Shown piece by piece: positions 19,273 to 29,300 of a stretch of DNA of 64,000 bases. This DNA comes from a bacterium (GTDB lineage: Bacteria; Electryoneota; Electryoneia; Electryoneales; Electryoneaceae). Both the position numbers and the translations under genes were made by a program. Below the pieces are notes generated by a model. That model had not been told where the DNA came from. It was given only the letters and a program-made list of their open reading frames with translations, and ran no database searches. The DNA lies in assembly GCA_963669175.1 (NCBI GenBank), contig OY769902.1, forward strand, positions 5,383,366-5,447,365, given 5' to 3'. How positions within the stretch are numbered: the stretch's first letter is position 1; every line of letters starts with the position of its first letter.

Positions 19273-22200
19273 TTACTTCACCAGCAGGACTTTCCGCATT
19301 TGGTTCATCTTGCCCGGTGTTACTGCACGGACGAAGTACAGACCGCTGGACAGATCACCGGCGTTGAAGACCACACGGTGGAAACCGGCGTTGAAGGTGT
19401 CATCCGCCAGTACCGCCACCTGCTGACCGAGCATGTTGTAGACCATCACACGCAACGGCGCTGCTTCCGGCAGACCCACCACGACAGTTGTGGTCGGGTT
19501 GAACGGGTTCGGGTAAACCGCCGCGACGGAGTATTCCGTGGGCAGGCCACTGAACGGATTTTCCCTTGCGCTGGTCTGCGGTTCCACGTAGAAGTAGAAC
19601 GAGGAATCACACATGACCGTATCGCCATCGGAAACCGCCCAGATTGTCCACGTGCAGGTGATGTAGTCCAGCCACCAGAAGCGGGCTTCCGTGGTGTCGG
19701 GAACATTGACCACAAACCCGGCTTCCATCAGGCTGTCCACCGCCAGGGTGAATTCCTGCGGATTGCCATGGTAGTCATCACCGGAAATGGTCATGGCGCC
19801 CATGTAATGCACCATCTGGCCCGGATCGGGATCCATCGACTCCAACCAGGAGAAGACAGTAGAATCCGCATCTTCCAGGGAAAGGGTATCGCCATAACCC
19901 GGTGTCAGCAATCCGAACGGGGTCGGCGGCTGCGGGAAGGCAGTGTTGAAGGTCCAGACTTCATTGGACCATGTGCCACCCGTGTTGGTATCTGTGGCAT
20001 GCACCTTCCACCAGTACTGCGTATCATCTTCGAGGCCTTCCACCGCGTAGTCCATGGTCTCTGTTTCCAGGATAATGGCTTCGGTGAAGTTCTCGTCCAT
20101 GGCGATGTACAGGTAGTAGATGATCGAATCGCCGGGATCCGGCTCAACCGCTTCCGCCCACTCAAATGTGACGGGAGATTCTGTTACAGTCGCCATATCG
20201 GCTGGGTTCGTAAGCCCGAAGGGTTCTGGATTTTCCGCCACATGGACAGTGAAGGACCAGCCTGTTTCACCGGCATCGGACCAGACTTCAAAGCCGAACT
20301 CATCCCAGCAGTGGACACGCCAGTAGAGTGTTTCATCGTCGAAATCAGGACGCAGGCCATCAATACGGTAGGTCGTCGCCTGGGTGACCCAGCTCCAGGT
20401 ATCTTCACCTGAGAAGTCAGCGTTCAGAGACCACTCGACTTCGTAGAAAACTACATCGTCCGGATCAGGATCAACCGCTTCATCCCACCACAGACGGATG
20501 GAATCGCCGGTGGTCACATGGGCTTCGTTTTCTGGTGAAGTCAACGCGAAGTTGGCCGGAGTTTCCGGGATGTAGACGTCGAATGTCCAGACTTCGTTTG
20601 ACCAGGTGCCTTCCATGGTGTTGTTGTCACGCGCTCTGACTTTCCAGTAATACGTCCGGTCATCAAACAGGCCGGTGATCGCAAGGCTGGTGTCCGGGGC
20701 GTCAACAATGACAGTCTCAAGGTTCTGACCGAAGTTCGCATCGGTCGCATACTTGACCACGTAGGAATGAACGGCGTCATCCGGGTCGATTTCTGCAGCA
20801 GTATGCCAGACAAGTGTAGTATCACCGGTCCAGCAGGTGGATTCATCAGCCGGGGAAATCAGGCTGAAGGATTCCGGCGGATCGATGAAGTAAACACGGA
20901 ATTCCCAACCGTCAGCAGGCAACGCCCATGTGGTCAGGTCGAAAGTATCGGTCGCTTTGACTCGCCAGTAAATCGTGGTATCCTGCGGAAGTTCATCCAG
21001 TCCATTGTTCAGCAGTACAGCGCTGATGTCTTCAATGAGATAGGATGTTTCTGTGGTTTCGTAGCTCCAGTAATTCTCGAAATCACTCTCCACAGACCAC
21101 TGCAGTTCGTAGACAAAAGCATTGTTCGGGTCCGGATCAACGGCTGCGGACCATTCCACTTCCTGCGTATCCACGAACGATGTATCGCCATCAAACGGGG
21201 AAAGCAGGATGAAGGAACCCGGCGCTTCCGGTACGTACACATGGAACATGCCTTCCTGATTGGCCCAGGTGCCATTGGTGTTGTTATCTACTGCACGGAC
21301 TTTCCAGTAGTAGGTATGGTCGTCCAGCAGGTGACTCATGGCGTAAGTTGTTCCAGTCGTAACCAATGCAGAGTCAAGGTTGGTGGTGTAGTTGGCATCT
21401 GTTGCCCACCAGACACGATACCCTTCAAGCTGGTCATCCGGGTCCGGTTCTGTTGTGGCGTTCCAGACCAGGGTGGTATCACCGGTCCAGCAGGTGTCCA
21501 TGCCACCATCGGAAAGCGGCCCGATCAGGTCAAACGCTGCCGGCGGTTCAATGAAGTAAACACGGAAGTTCCAGCCGGTTTCCGGTGTCGCCCAGGTAAC
21601 CAGGCCAAGGTGATCCTGCGCTTTGACACGCCAGTAAATGGTGATATCCTGCGGCAGTTCATCCAGGCCGTTGTCGAGCAGCGCCTGGCTGATATCCTCG
21701 ATGGTGTACTGGATGGATGAAGTCGTGTAGCTTTCGTAGTCGGAGAAATCGGCTGACGTGCCCCACTGGACTTCATAGTAGAACCAACCGTTGGGGTCTG
21801 CATCGCTTGATGCGGTCCAGGTTACCGTTTGGGTATCCGTGAACGATGTATCACCGTTGGCCGGACTTGACAGTGCGAAGGCAGCCGGTGCATCCGGGAT
21901 GTAAGTATGGAACTGGCCTACGTTTGTCGACCAGGTACCGTTGGTGTTTCCATCCTTGGCGCGAACTTTCCAATAGTAGGTTCTGTCATCCAGCAGATGG
22001 GTAAGATCCCAGCTTGTTCCTTCGAAAACTTCCACTGAATCCAGGTTCTGGGTGAATACGGAGTTGGTGGCGTACCAGATCATGTAGCTGTTTACCTGGT
22101 CATCAGGATCAGGTTCAGTTGTCGCATTCCAGGTAAGGGTGGTATCCCCTGTCCAGCACGTATCTGTAGCGGAAAGCGGACTGATCAGCGAGAAGGGATC

Positions 22201-23307
22201 TGGTGGTTCAATTACGTAAACATCGAACTGCCAGGTCTGGTTTGACCAGGTGCCTTCTGTGTTGGTGTCCTGTGCACGAACTTTCCAGTGGTAGGTCTGG
22301 TCGTCCAGCAGATGAGTCATGTCGTAGGAGGTTCCCATGACCTCTGCCGAGTCCAGGTTCAGGGTGAACGATCCATTCGTTGCCCACCAGACCCAGTAAC
22401 TGAGTTCATCACCGGGATCGGGATCTGTGGTAGCTTCCCAGGTCAGGACGGTATCGTAGTCAGCTACGGTCGCTGGCTGTTCCGGAGTCAACAGGTTGAA
22501 ACTGTTGGGGGTTTCGGGTACATAGATCTCGAACTGGCGGATTTCCGAAGCCTGACTACGGTTACCGAAGTTATCCTCAGCAACGACAGTCCACCAGTAT
22601 TCAGTGTCATCCGTACCTTCCCAGTCAATGCTGGTTTCTTCCTGTGCCAACCCGGTAGTCCAGGGGGCTACGACATCATCAGCCACGTCAGCGGAATCAA
22701 ATTCTTCTGTCGATACGTAGATATCGTAGGTCAATGACGTCGCTGGTTCGAGTGGTGTCGCTGCATCCCACATCAGTTCGACTGTTACTTGTTCTTCAAC
22801 CCCGTTATCTACCGGCAATTGAAGTCCGAACACGACACCGGTCGTTGAAACGACCAGTGTCGAAATGCGTGTATACGGGCTATAACCGAAACGGCCGTTG
22901 CCCGTGGTATAGGAAACAATAGCTGTACGTTCAAGTTCATCTGTGTTGTTCCACAGCCTGAACGACATGGGATTGTTGGTTGTATATCCCGGCAGCGCGT
23001 TTCCGCCATCAGCTCCAATGGCGTTAATGCTAACCGGCCATGTTTGATCGGCGGTGACTTCGATGGCGCCGACACATAGCTCACCATCGAACACGCCGAT
23101 CTCATCTCCCTGAATCAGGGTGACATCATCCCATAACGCATCATCAATGATGATGGTGCTCCAGATCCCTGTAGGGTCAACCGGGTTAAAATGGGTCTGA
23201 GCAAGCACAGCCGGGACCATCACCATGAGAAGCAGGATCGCTACTGAAACTCTCTTCATCATGTATTGTCCTCGATCTTTTGTTGCGTTTGTCGCTTCCT
23301 TGTTCAT
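19273..23307 (-). CDS. Large secreted protein with about 10 Fn3-like repeats and T9SS-type C-terminal domain
   Basis: Repeating F.L.SP...L.W....DPDP.D...Y...DD.TY.WKVRA.D...W.F unit; C-terminal YPNPFNPTT...SSGLYF...KVLLVK. Alternative start at 23262. Confidence 0.9.
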   Translation of the reverse strand: MNKEATNATKDRGQYMMKRVSVAILLLMVMVPAVLAQTHFNPVDPTGIWSTIIIDDALWDDVTLIQGDEIGVFDGELCVGAIEVTADQTWPVSINAIGADGGNALPGYTTNNPMSFRLWNNTDELERTAIVSYTTGNGRFGYSPYTRISTLVVSTTGVVFGLQLPVDNGVEEQVTVELMWDAATPLEPATSLTYDIYVSTEEFDSADVADDVVAPWTTGLAQEETSIDWEGTDDTEYWWTVVAEDNFGNRSQASEIRQFEIYVPETPNSFNLLTPEQPATVADYDTVLTWEATTDPDPGDELSYWVWWATNGSFTLNLDSAEVMGTSYDMTHLLDDQTYHWKVRAQDTNTEGTWSNQTWQFDVYVIEPPDPFSLISPLSATDTCWTGDTTLTWNATTEPDPDDQVNSYMIWYATNSVFTQNLDSVEVFEGTSWDLTHLLDDRTYYWKVRAKDGNTNGTWSTNVGQFHTYIPDAPAAFALSSPANGDTSFTDTQTVTWTASSDADPNGWFYYEVQWGTSADFSDYESYTTSSIQYTIEDISQALLDNGLDELPQDITIYWRVKAQDHLGLVTWATPETGWNFRVYFIEPPAAFDLIGPLSDGGMDTCWTGDTTLVWNATTEPDPDDQLEGYRVWWATDANYTTNLDSALVTTGTTYAMSHLLDDHTYYWKVRAVDNNTNGTWANQEGMFHVYVPEAPGSFILLSPFDGDTSFVDTQEVEWSAAVDPDPNNAFVYELQWSVESDFENYWSYETTETSYLIEDISAVLLNNGLDELPQDTTIYWRVKATDTFDLTTWALPADGWEFRVYFIDPPESFSLISPADESTCWTGDTTLVWHTAAEIDPDDAVHSYVVKYATDANFGQNLETVIVDAPDTSLAITGLFDDRTYYWKVRARDNNTMEGTWSNEVWTFDVYIPETPANFALTSPENEAHVTTGDSIRLWWDEAVDPDPDDVVFYEVEWSLNADFSGEDTWSWVTQATTYRIDGLRPDFDDETLYWRVHCWDEFGFEVWSDAGETGWSFTVHVAENPEPFGLTNPADMATVTESPVTFEWAEAVEPDPGDSIIYYLYIAMDENFTEAIILETETMDYAVEGLEDDTQYWWKVHATDTNTGGTWSNEVWTFNTAFPQPPTPFGLLTPGYGDTLSLEDADSTVFSWLESMDPDPGQMVHYMGAMTISGDDYHGNPQEFTLAVDSLMEAGFVVNVPDTTEARFWWLDYITCTWTIWAVSDGDTVMCDSSFYFYVEPQTSARENPFSGLPTEYSVAAVYPNPFNPTTTVVVGLPEAAPLRVMVYNMLGQQVAVLADDTFNAGFHRVVFNAGDLSSGLYFVRAVTPGKMNQMRKVLLVK

Positions 23308-23323
23308 GGCACACCTCCCGGTC

Positions 23324-26300
23324 TTATTTCAACAGAACGACTTTACGCACATTGATATGGCCTTCATACTGTACCTGCAGGAAGTAGACACCGCTTGTCA
23401 GCTCTGTGCCTGACCGGGTTGCATCGAAGTACAGATAATGGAAGCCAGCCTGATAGTTCTGTACAGACCGGTAGACTTCCTGACCGAGAATGTTGAACAC
23501 CTTTAGGCCTACCTTGCCAGCATTCGGCAATGCGATCTTCAGTTTAACCGCCGGGTTGAACGGGTTCGGGAAGCCTTCGCTCAGTTCGAATGTTGTGGGT
23601 AACGGGTTGTGTGCCAGGCTCATCGTGCCGTAGGGATTATCCTCGAAAACGATCACCTGCTCTGTCATCTTGGTATGCAGTTCCTGACCTGCTTCGTTGT
23701 AAACCTTGAAGGTCACACGATGTCCTGGTGTATAACCTGCCAGGTTCAAATCGGGGAAGCCACGCCATGCGGTGATAACCGATACCGGCTTATCTTCCAT
23801 GACATAACTCTTGCCGACGAGGTTGCCGCCATCATACACGGCTATCTGGCTGGCGCCTGCCTGCAGCAGTTCATCATCGAGGTCTACAAGTAACGTCCAG
23901 GGGTACCCGGTTCCGGTCGGTGCATCTGCCGGTGTACGGACAACCCACACATCTTCAGGATTGGCCAGGATCTGGCTGTGGCCACCACCACCGTATTCAA
24001 AGAATACAGTTGCGTCTGTCCAGGTTTCGTATCCGAGACCTGGTTCCATGTTGCCCATGGTGTTGATGTTCAAGGACGGAATCCAGAAACCGCCATTGTC
24101 ATCACGAACGATTTCCAGGTTTTCTGCAATGTCAGCCAACGCGACTGTTACATCCAGGTTGAAGTCAAACGGATATCCCATCCAGTTCCACTGGTTCTGG
24201 GTCAGACCGTATTCGACCCCTTCATGATCCAAGGTCATACCTGTATAGGCAAGCTGCTCAGCCTCTGTACAGAATACCCGGTATCCCTTGCTGTGTGTGA
24301 CACTGCTGATCTCATCGATTACGCTTGGGATGTAGGTATTCCCATTGGCCTGTACGACTGTCTGCAGACTGCTGATACCGCCGAACATGGTGGCTGTTGA
24401 TCCATCTACCGGGTCAACCGGGAAGCTTACCAGGTTCCAGTAGTATGGAGTGAGATCGATGGTCTGGTCAACATTCCGCATGGCAGAAAGTACCAGTTCC
24501 GTAGAACCATCAATTGCGAAAGCCTGGTCGCCGTCAATGTATTCCGGCAAGCCCCAGAACATCTCGCCAAAGTCAACCGAGTAAATCTTGAACCAGATAT
24601 CGTTGCCTTCGATGAATCCGGGGTTAATGCCATCGTCACCGTAAGCGTTGAAGATCAGGGGGAAATCGTTGTTGCTTTGAACCACGACACCGCCGACACA
24701 GACACTGCCATCGAAGACGGCAATTTCATCGCCTTCCTGTAGCGGCATGGCATCAATCGTCGCAGCATCAATGCGGACGTTGAATACGTTTTCGGTAGCA
24801 TCGACCGGTGTGAAGTGATCCATCACGCCGTTTACGAAGAAGCTCATGCCGGTTTCATAACCATCAGCATTGGTGGTCAATCCACCGGTATCCTCCGCCT
24901 GTACACGCCAGTAGACCCAGGCATCTTCGTTCAGGATCTCATCCAGCTCATCCAGCTCATCCAGTTCACCGCCACCGGCGCCGGGCTGAGATGAATCGTT
25001 CCTGTTTGAACCGGCACGGAACATGCCAACACCTTCACCGAGGTCATCGGAAGGACTGTTGCCGCGCGGCGCATTCAAGACCACCTCATTCTCGAAGGTG
25101 TACCAGGTGCTCCAGATGCCGGTAATCACCGAGGATTCGGAGAAGTCGCTGTTGTAGGACCATTCCAGGTTGTAGGTCAGGTTACCCTGGTCGGCCGGAT
25201 TGTAGTCATCCGATCGTTCCCAGGACACTGTCGGGCTGTTGGTCCAGACAGTCTGACCATCGTCCGGTTCCTGCATGCTGAAGGGCAGCGGAGCGAACGG
25301 GTAATCACTGACCGGACCTAAACCGTACAGGCTCATGTCATCGACATATGCGCCGTAATAGGAATGCGCCGAGCCATCGGTCATGTGAACAAGAGCGATC
25401 TGGACAAAGGTTGGTTCATCCTCGGTATAGTACTCACCCAGGGAGAAGTTGACCATTTCCCAGCCGTCGCTCGCACCGTTGAAAGCAGGTTCGCCATAGC
25501 TGATCAAGCTTGCAATGGAATAAGACTCAACTGGTTCGATGATCTCCCAGGATTCTCCATTATCCGTGGTAATCTGGACATTGTAACCATCCCAACTCCC
25601 CTCATAACTGAACCAGTGCCAGTAATTAAATGCGGCATAGGCGTTAAGGATGGCCATGGGTTCGGAAACGAGGTAGGTGTAGTAGTTGTCCTCGTAGTAC
25701 CCATCAGGATAGGTTGACCAGCACTGTGTACCTTCGTATGCGCCTTCAGGCCCGGCAGTCGGCGCTGCCTTCTGCCAGACATCAGGATCCCAGGGACCGT
25801 AGGGCGCGTCAAAGATGTCGAAGGCCTCCGCTTCGAAGCCGAGTTCGTAATCCGGTGTACCGAAAACACCCGCATTATAGAAGGCTGCGACACCGGACTC
25901 GTTCCCGACTTCGTCGTAGGCTTTGACCCAGTAGATCGCTGCACCGGCGAAGTCCACAGGAATTTCATCCATGTATGTCTCAGTCCCCGGAGCGAGGTCT
26001 GCAATCATGGTGTTGTTCCGGTACACATAAACACCGGTCAAGTCAGTCAACGGTGAACCGTCACTGTTCAAGACAGGATCGGTCCAGTCAAGTGTAACCA
26101 TCCCATCTGCATACTGACCGACAAAGTCAGCAACGACATCCGGGGCCATGTTAAACTGAACTGTTTCTGTCGTTGAGGCGTTGGATGCTTCACCATCGTT
26201 GATGGCTTCAGCATAGTACCAGATGTCCTGGTTCTCGTATTCACTGCCTACTTCAACGAAGTATGGATCACCCTCAACCGGGTTTTCGTTGGACTGGGTG

Positions 26301-29300
26301 AATTGGACACCGTCCGTGGAATACCAGACGTTGAAGCCTTGGAACTCATCCAGCTCATCCTGGGTCATAACGCCATTTGACACCAGAACGTCATTTACCA
26401 ATCCTGGCCGCATTGTCGGCCTGGCAATGGTTTTTCCTGCGCTGATGCCGAAGTAGGTATCATGACCGCGCAGTTGTCCGACCGGATGCTCTGTTACCGG
26501 ATGGTGACTGGGGGTCGGATCAATCAAACCATCAGCCATTGAAACGGCAACTTCATCAATGGGATGGAATACGGAGATTTGCATGTAAGGATCACCCCAC
26601 ATCCAGTCCCCGGACTCCCAGGTCTGGCCGCCATCCCAAGAGAACTGGACTGCATCCGGATAATCAAGCATTTCATCCAGCAGGATGGCGCTTTCACCCG
26701 GCCCATACTGGTAGAAGCATACCCAGAGGCCTTCGTCCGGGACAGGAATACCCGGCTCAACAATCACCCACGGCTGGTCTTCAGCATTGGTAACCGGTTC
26801 GGAAATCCAGAGTGGGTTATCCATATCAGGGCTACCATCACCATCATCACGGGCCAGGATAATGACAACATCATCCCTGACACCATCCGGCCAGGTATCC
26901 CAGATCATCTCGTTGGTGAAGCCAACATAGGTCTCCAGAACATACCCGGATTCCGGGGTGAACCCGACTGTCATCATGGTCTCGTTGTCAACGGCCCCGA
27001 TGACATAGGCATCTGAAACAGTTCCTGAAGTGTAGTAATAGTCGGTAACCGTGCCATGATACCCTGGTTCCAGCAGGTACAGATCGAAACCGGTATCATA
27101 TTTTTCATCCACGCTGCCGATACCCGGCGCCGTAGAGTTGTCAACCCCCGTCAGGGAGAAGTCTTGCGTGATGATGTATTCGGTTGGACCAAAGGTCAAA
27201 CCTTCAACCGTTTGAGCGACATAGCCATTACCCAGGGCACGAACACTAAATGATCCGGTACGCGGCAACAGGCGGGTGAAGGAATACTGCCCGTTTTCGT
27301 CCGTCAAAGCTACGCGGCTATGCTCAGGATCAGGATCATCTTCCGACCATCCCACAACCATCACATCATTCAACGGGGTGTTCTCCCCGTCTGTGACTGT
27401 TCCGTTCAGGGTTCCGAAAGGTGTAAGTCCCTTGTTCTGGGTAAGCGAGTAGTCATCTACGCCGAAACTGACATTAAATGTCTGTCCCTGGTAGTAACCG
27501 TTGGCCGTGAAGCTGAGATCGTATGAAACATTACGATCCAGCATCCGTTCGAAGATGTATTCACCATTTTCGTCGGTGGTCACTTCGATGACATCGTTCA
27601 ATTCATCGTTGGAAACAGCTACTGTGGCGCCAACAATCGGATCACCGAAAATACCGTCTGTCACGGTTCCGTAAATTGTACCCAGCGGATCCATGAAGAA
27701 ATCATCGACATCGAGCTGTTCAACACCTTCTTCGAAGCTAAGGTTGGACACAACGCCGGTAATGTAGCTGGGGTGGACGAACACCATTTCGTATGGGCTT
27801 CCACCCTGCCCGGCAGCAATCGTATAATGGCCTTCTTCATCTGTCATGAAGTTGAAGCTGTTACCGAAATCATCGGTAGCGGCAACTTCTACACCGTAAA
27901 CGGGTTCGAGGGTCTGTTCATCATACACGTACCCGTCAATCGCACCCCAGTCCCCAATCGGACCACTATAGGTGAACAGTACAGAAAGACCATTGTAAAC
28001 ATTCATGTATGGATAGTTCACACCGACAAGACCGTCGGCATCTTCCATGCCAACACTGGGTGAATTGCCCCATTCGAAATCCGAATCCAGGTAGTTGTAC
28101 TGGATGGTTCCATCACCGTTCAGGACAGCCTGGCAGTTATACCCGTCTCCGTTGCTGAAGGCATGACTGAACTGGACAATGAACCGGTTGTTGTCGTTAT
28201 CCTCATAGTAGAAAATTCCGTCACCGTAGTTTGCATGAAGGTCATCCCACCAGGGGGCAATGATGTTGTTCGGGATGTTTGAATTCGGGAAATCAACATT
28301 TGAATAGGCGTTTGTCCCGGGATCGTCACCAAATGCCACCCAACCGTTGGTATTCACCCACACGTTAGTATAAGCTGAACCGTAGTAGTTGAACGAGAAG
28401 TCGGTGAACAATACTTCCGCACGGCCATCATCGGTACCGCCGGTCCATGCCGTAATCTCTGTACCCATATAATCCGGCGCTGCCGCGTCAGGATTGATTT
28501 CAATCCACTCGAATGCGACACCGTCATCGTACACAAAGTTTGTAGCAGCATAGACGCGACCACCTTCGCCGAACTCGGAGAAGATCAGGAAATCATCACC
28601 GTATCCATAGTCCGCAGCGAATTCGAAGGTATACTCACGGCCCTGGACAACATTCCAATATTCGAAATAGGTATCGGCGTCAAATCCCGCAGCCATAATC
28701 TGGTCCGGCTGCACCACGCCATTGACTGAATACCTGTATCCTACGAAATCGCCCAGCGCATCCAGTTCGGACACATCGTCGGCTTCAATCAGGTTGTCGT
28801 ATGCCTGTCGGGCCTGGGCAAGTTCCGCCACCTGTTCATCCAGCTTTGGACCGGAAATGCCCTGCTGCTGGAGGAAGGCAACGGTTCGTTCCAGCCGCTC
28901 GATACGTGCGGCAAAGACTTCTGCCGGCATGTGGTTGAGTGGCGGTGAGACCCAGATTTCAAAGTGATCGTTCGCACCATTGACAACCGCGTCACTCGGC
29001 GCCAGAACCATGGGCAAATACACCTGCTCATCTTCCATGCCAGTCACGACCGTTATGCCAAACATCTCGTCGTGAAGTACCGGCAAATCATTGGGTGTAT
29101 GTTCCGGAACGACATGAATCGTGTAGTCATATTCCGAGATCTGGGAGAATACGGCTTCGCCGTTAGCATCGGTCGTTGCTGTTTCGTTGATCATCTGAAT
29201 CGTGACCGTTGCGCCTTCTACCGGTTCCGGTGGATCGTTCGAGTCGTAAACAAAGACGCTGAAATCAACCGGAGGATTGGGCTCCATGATAAAGTCCTGG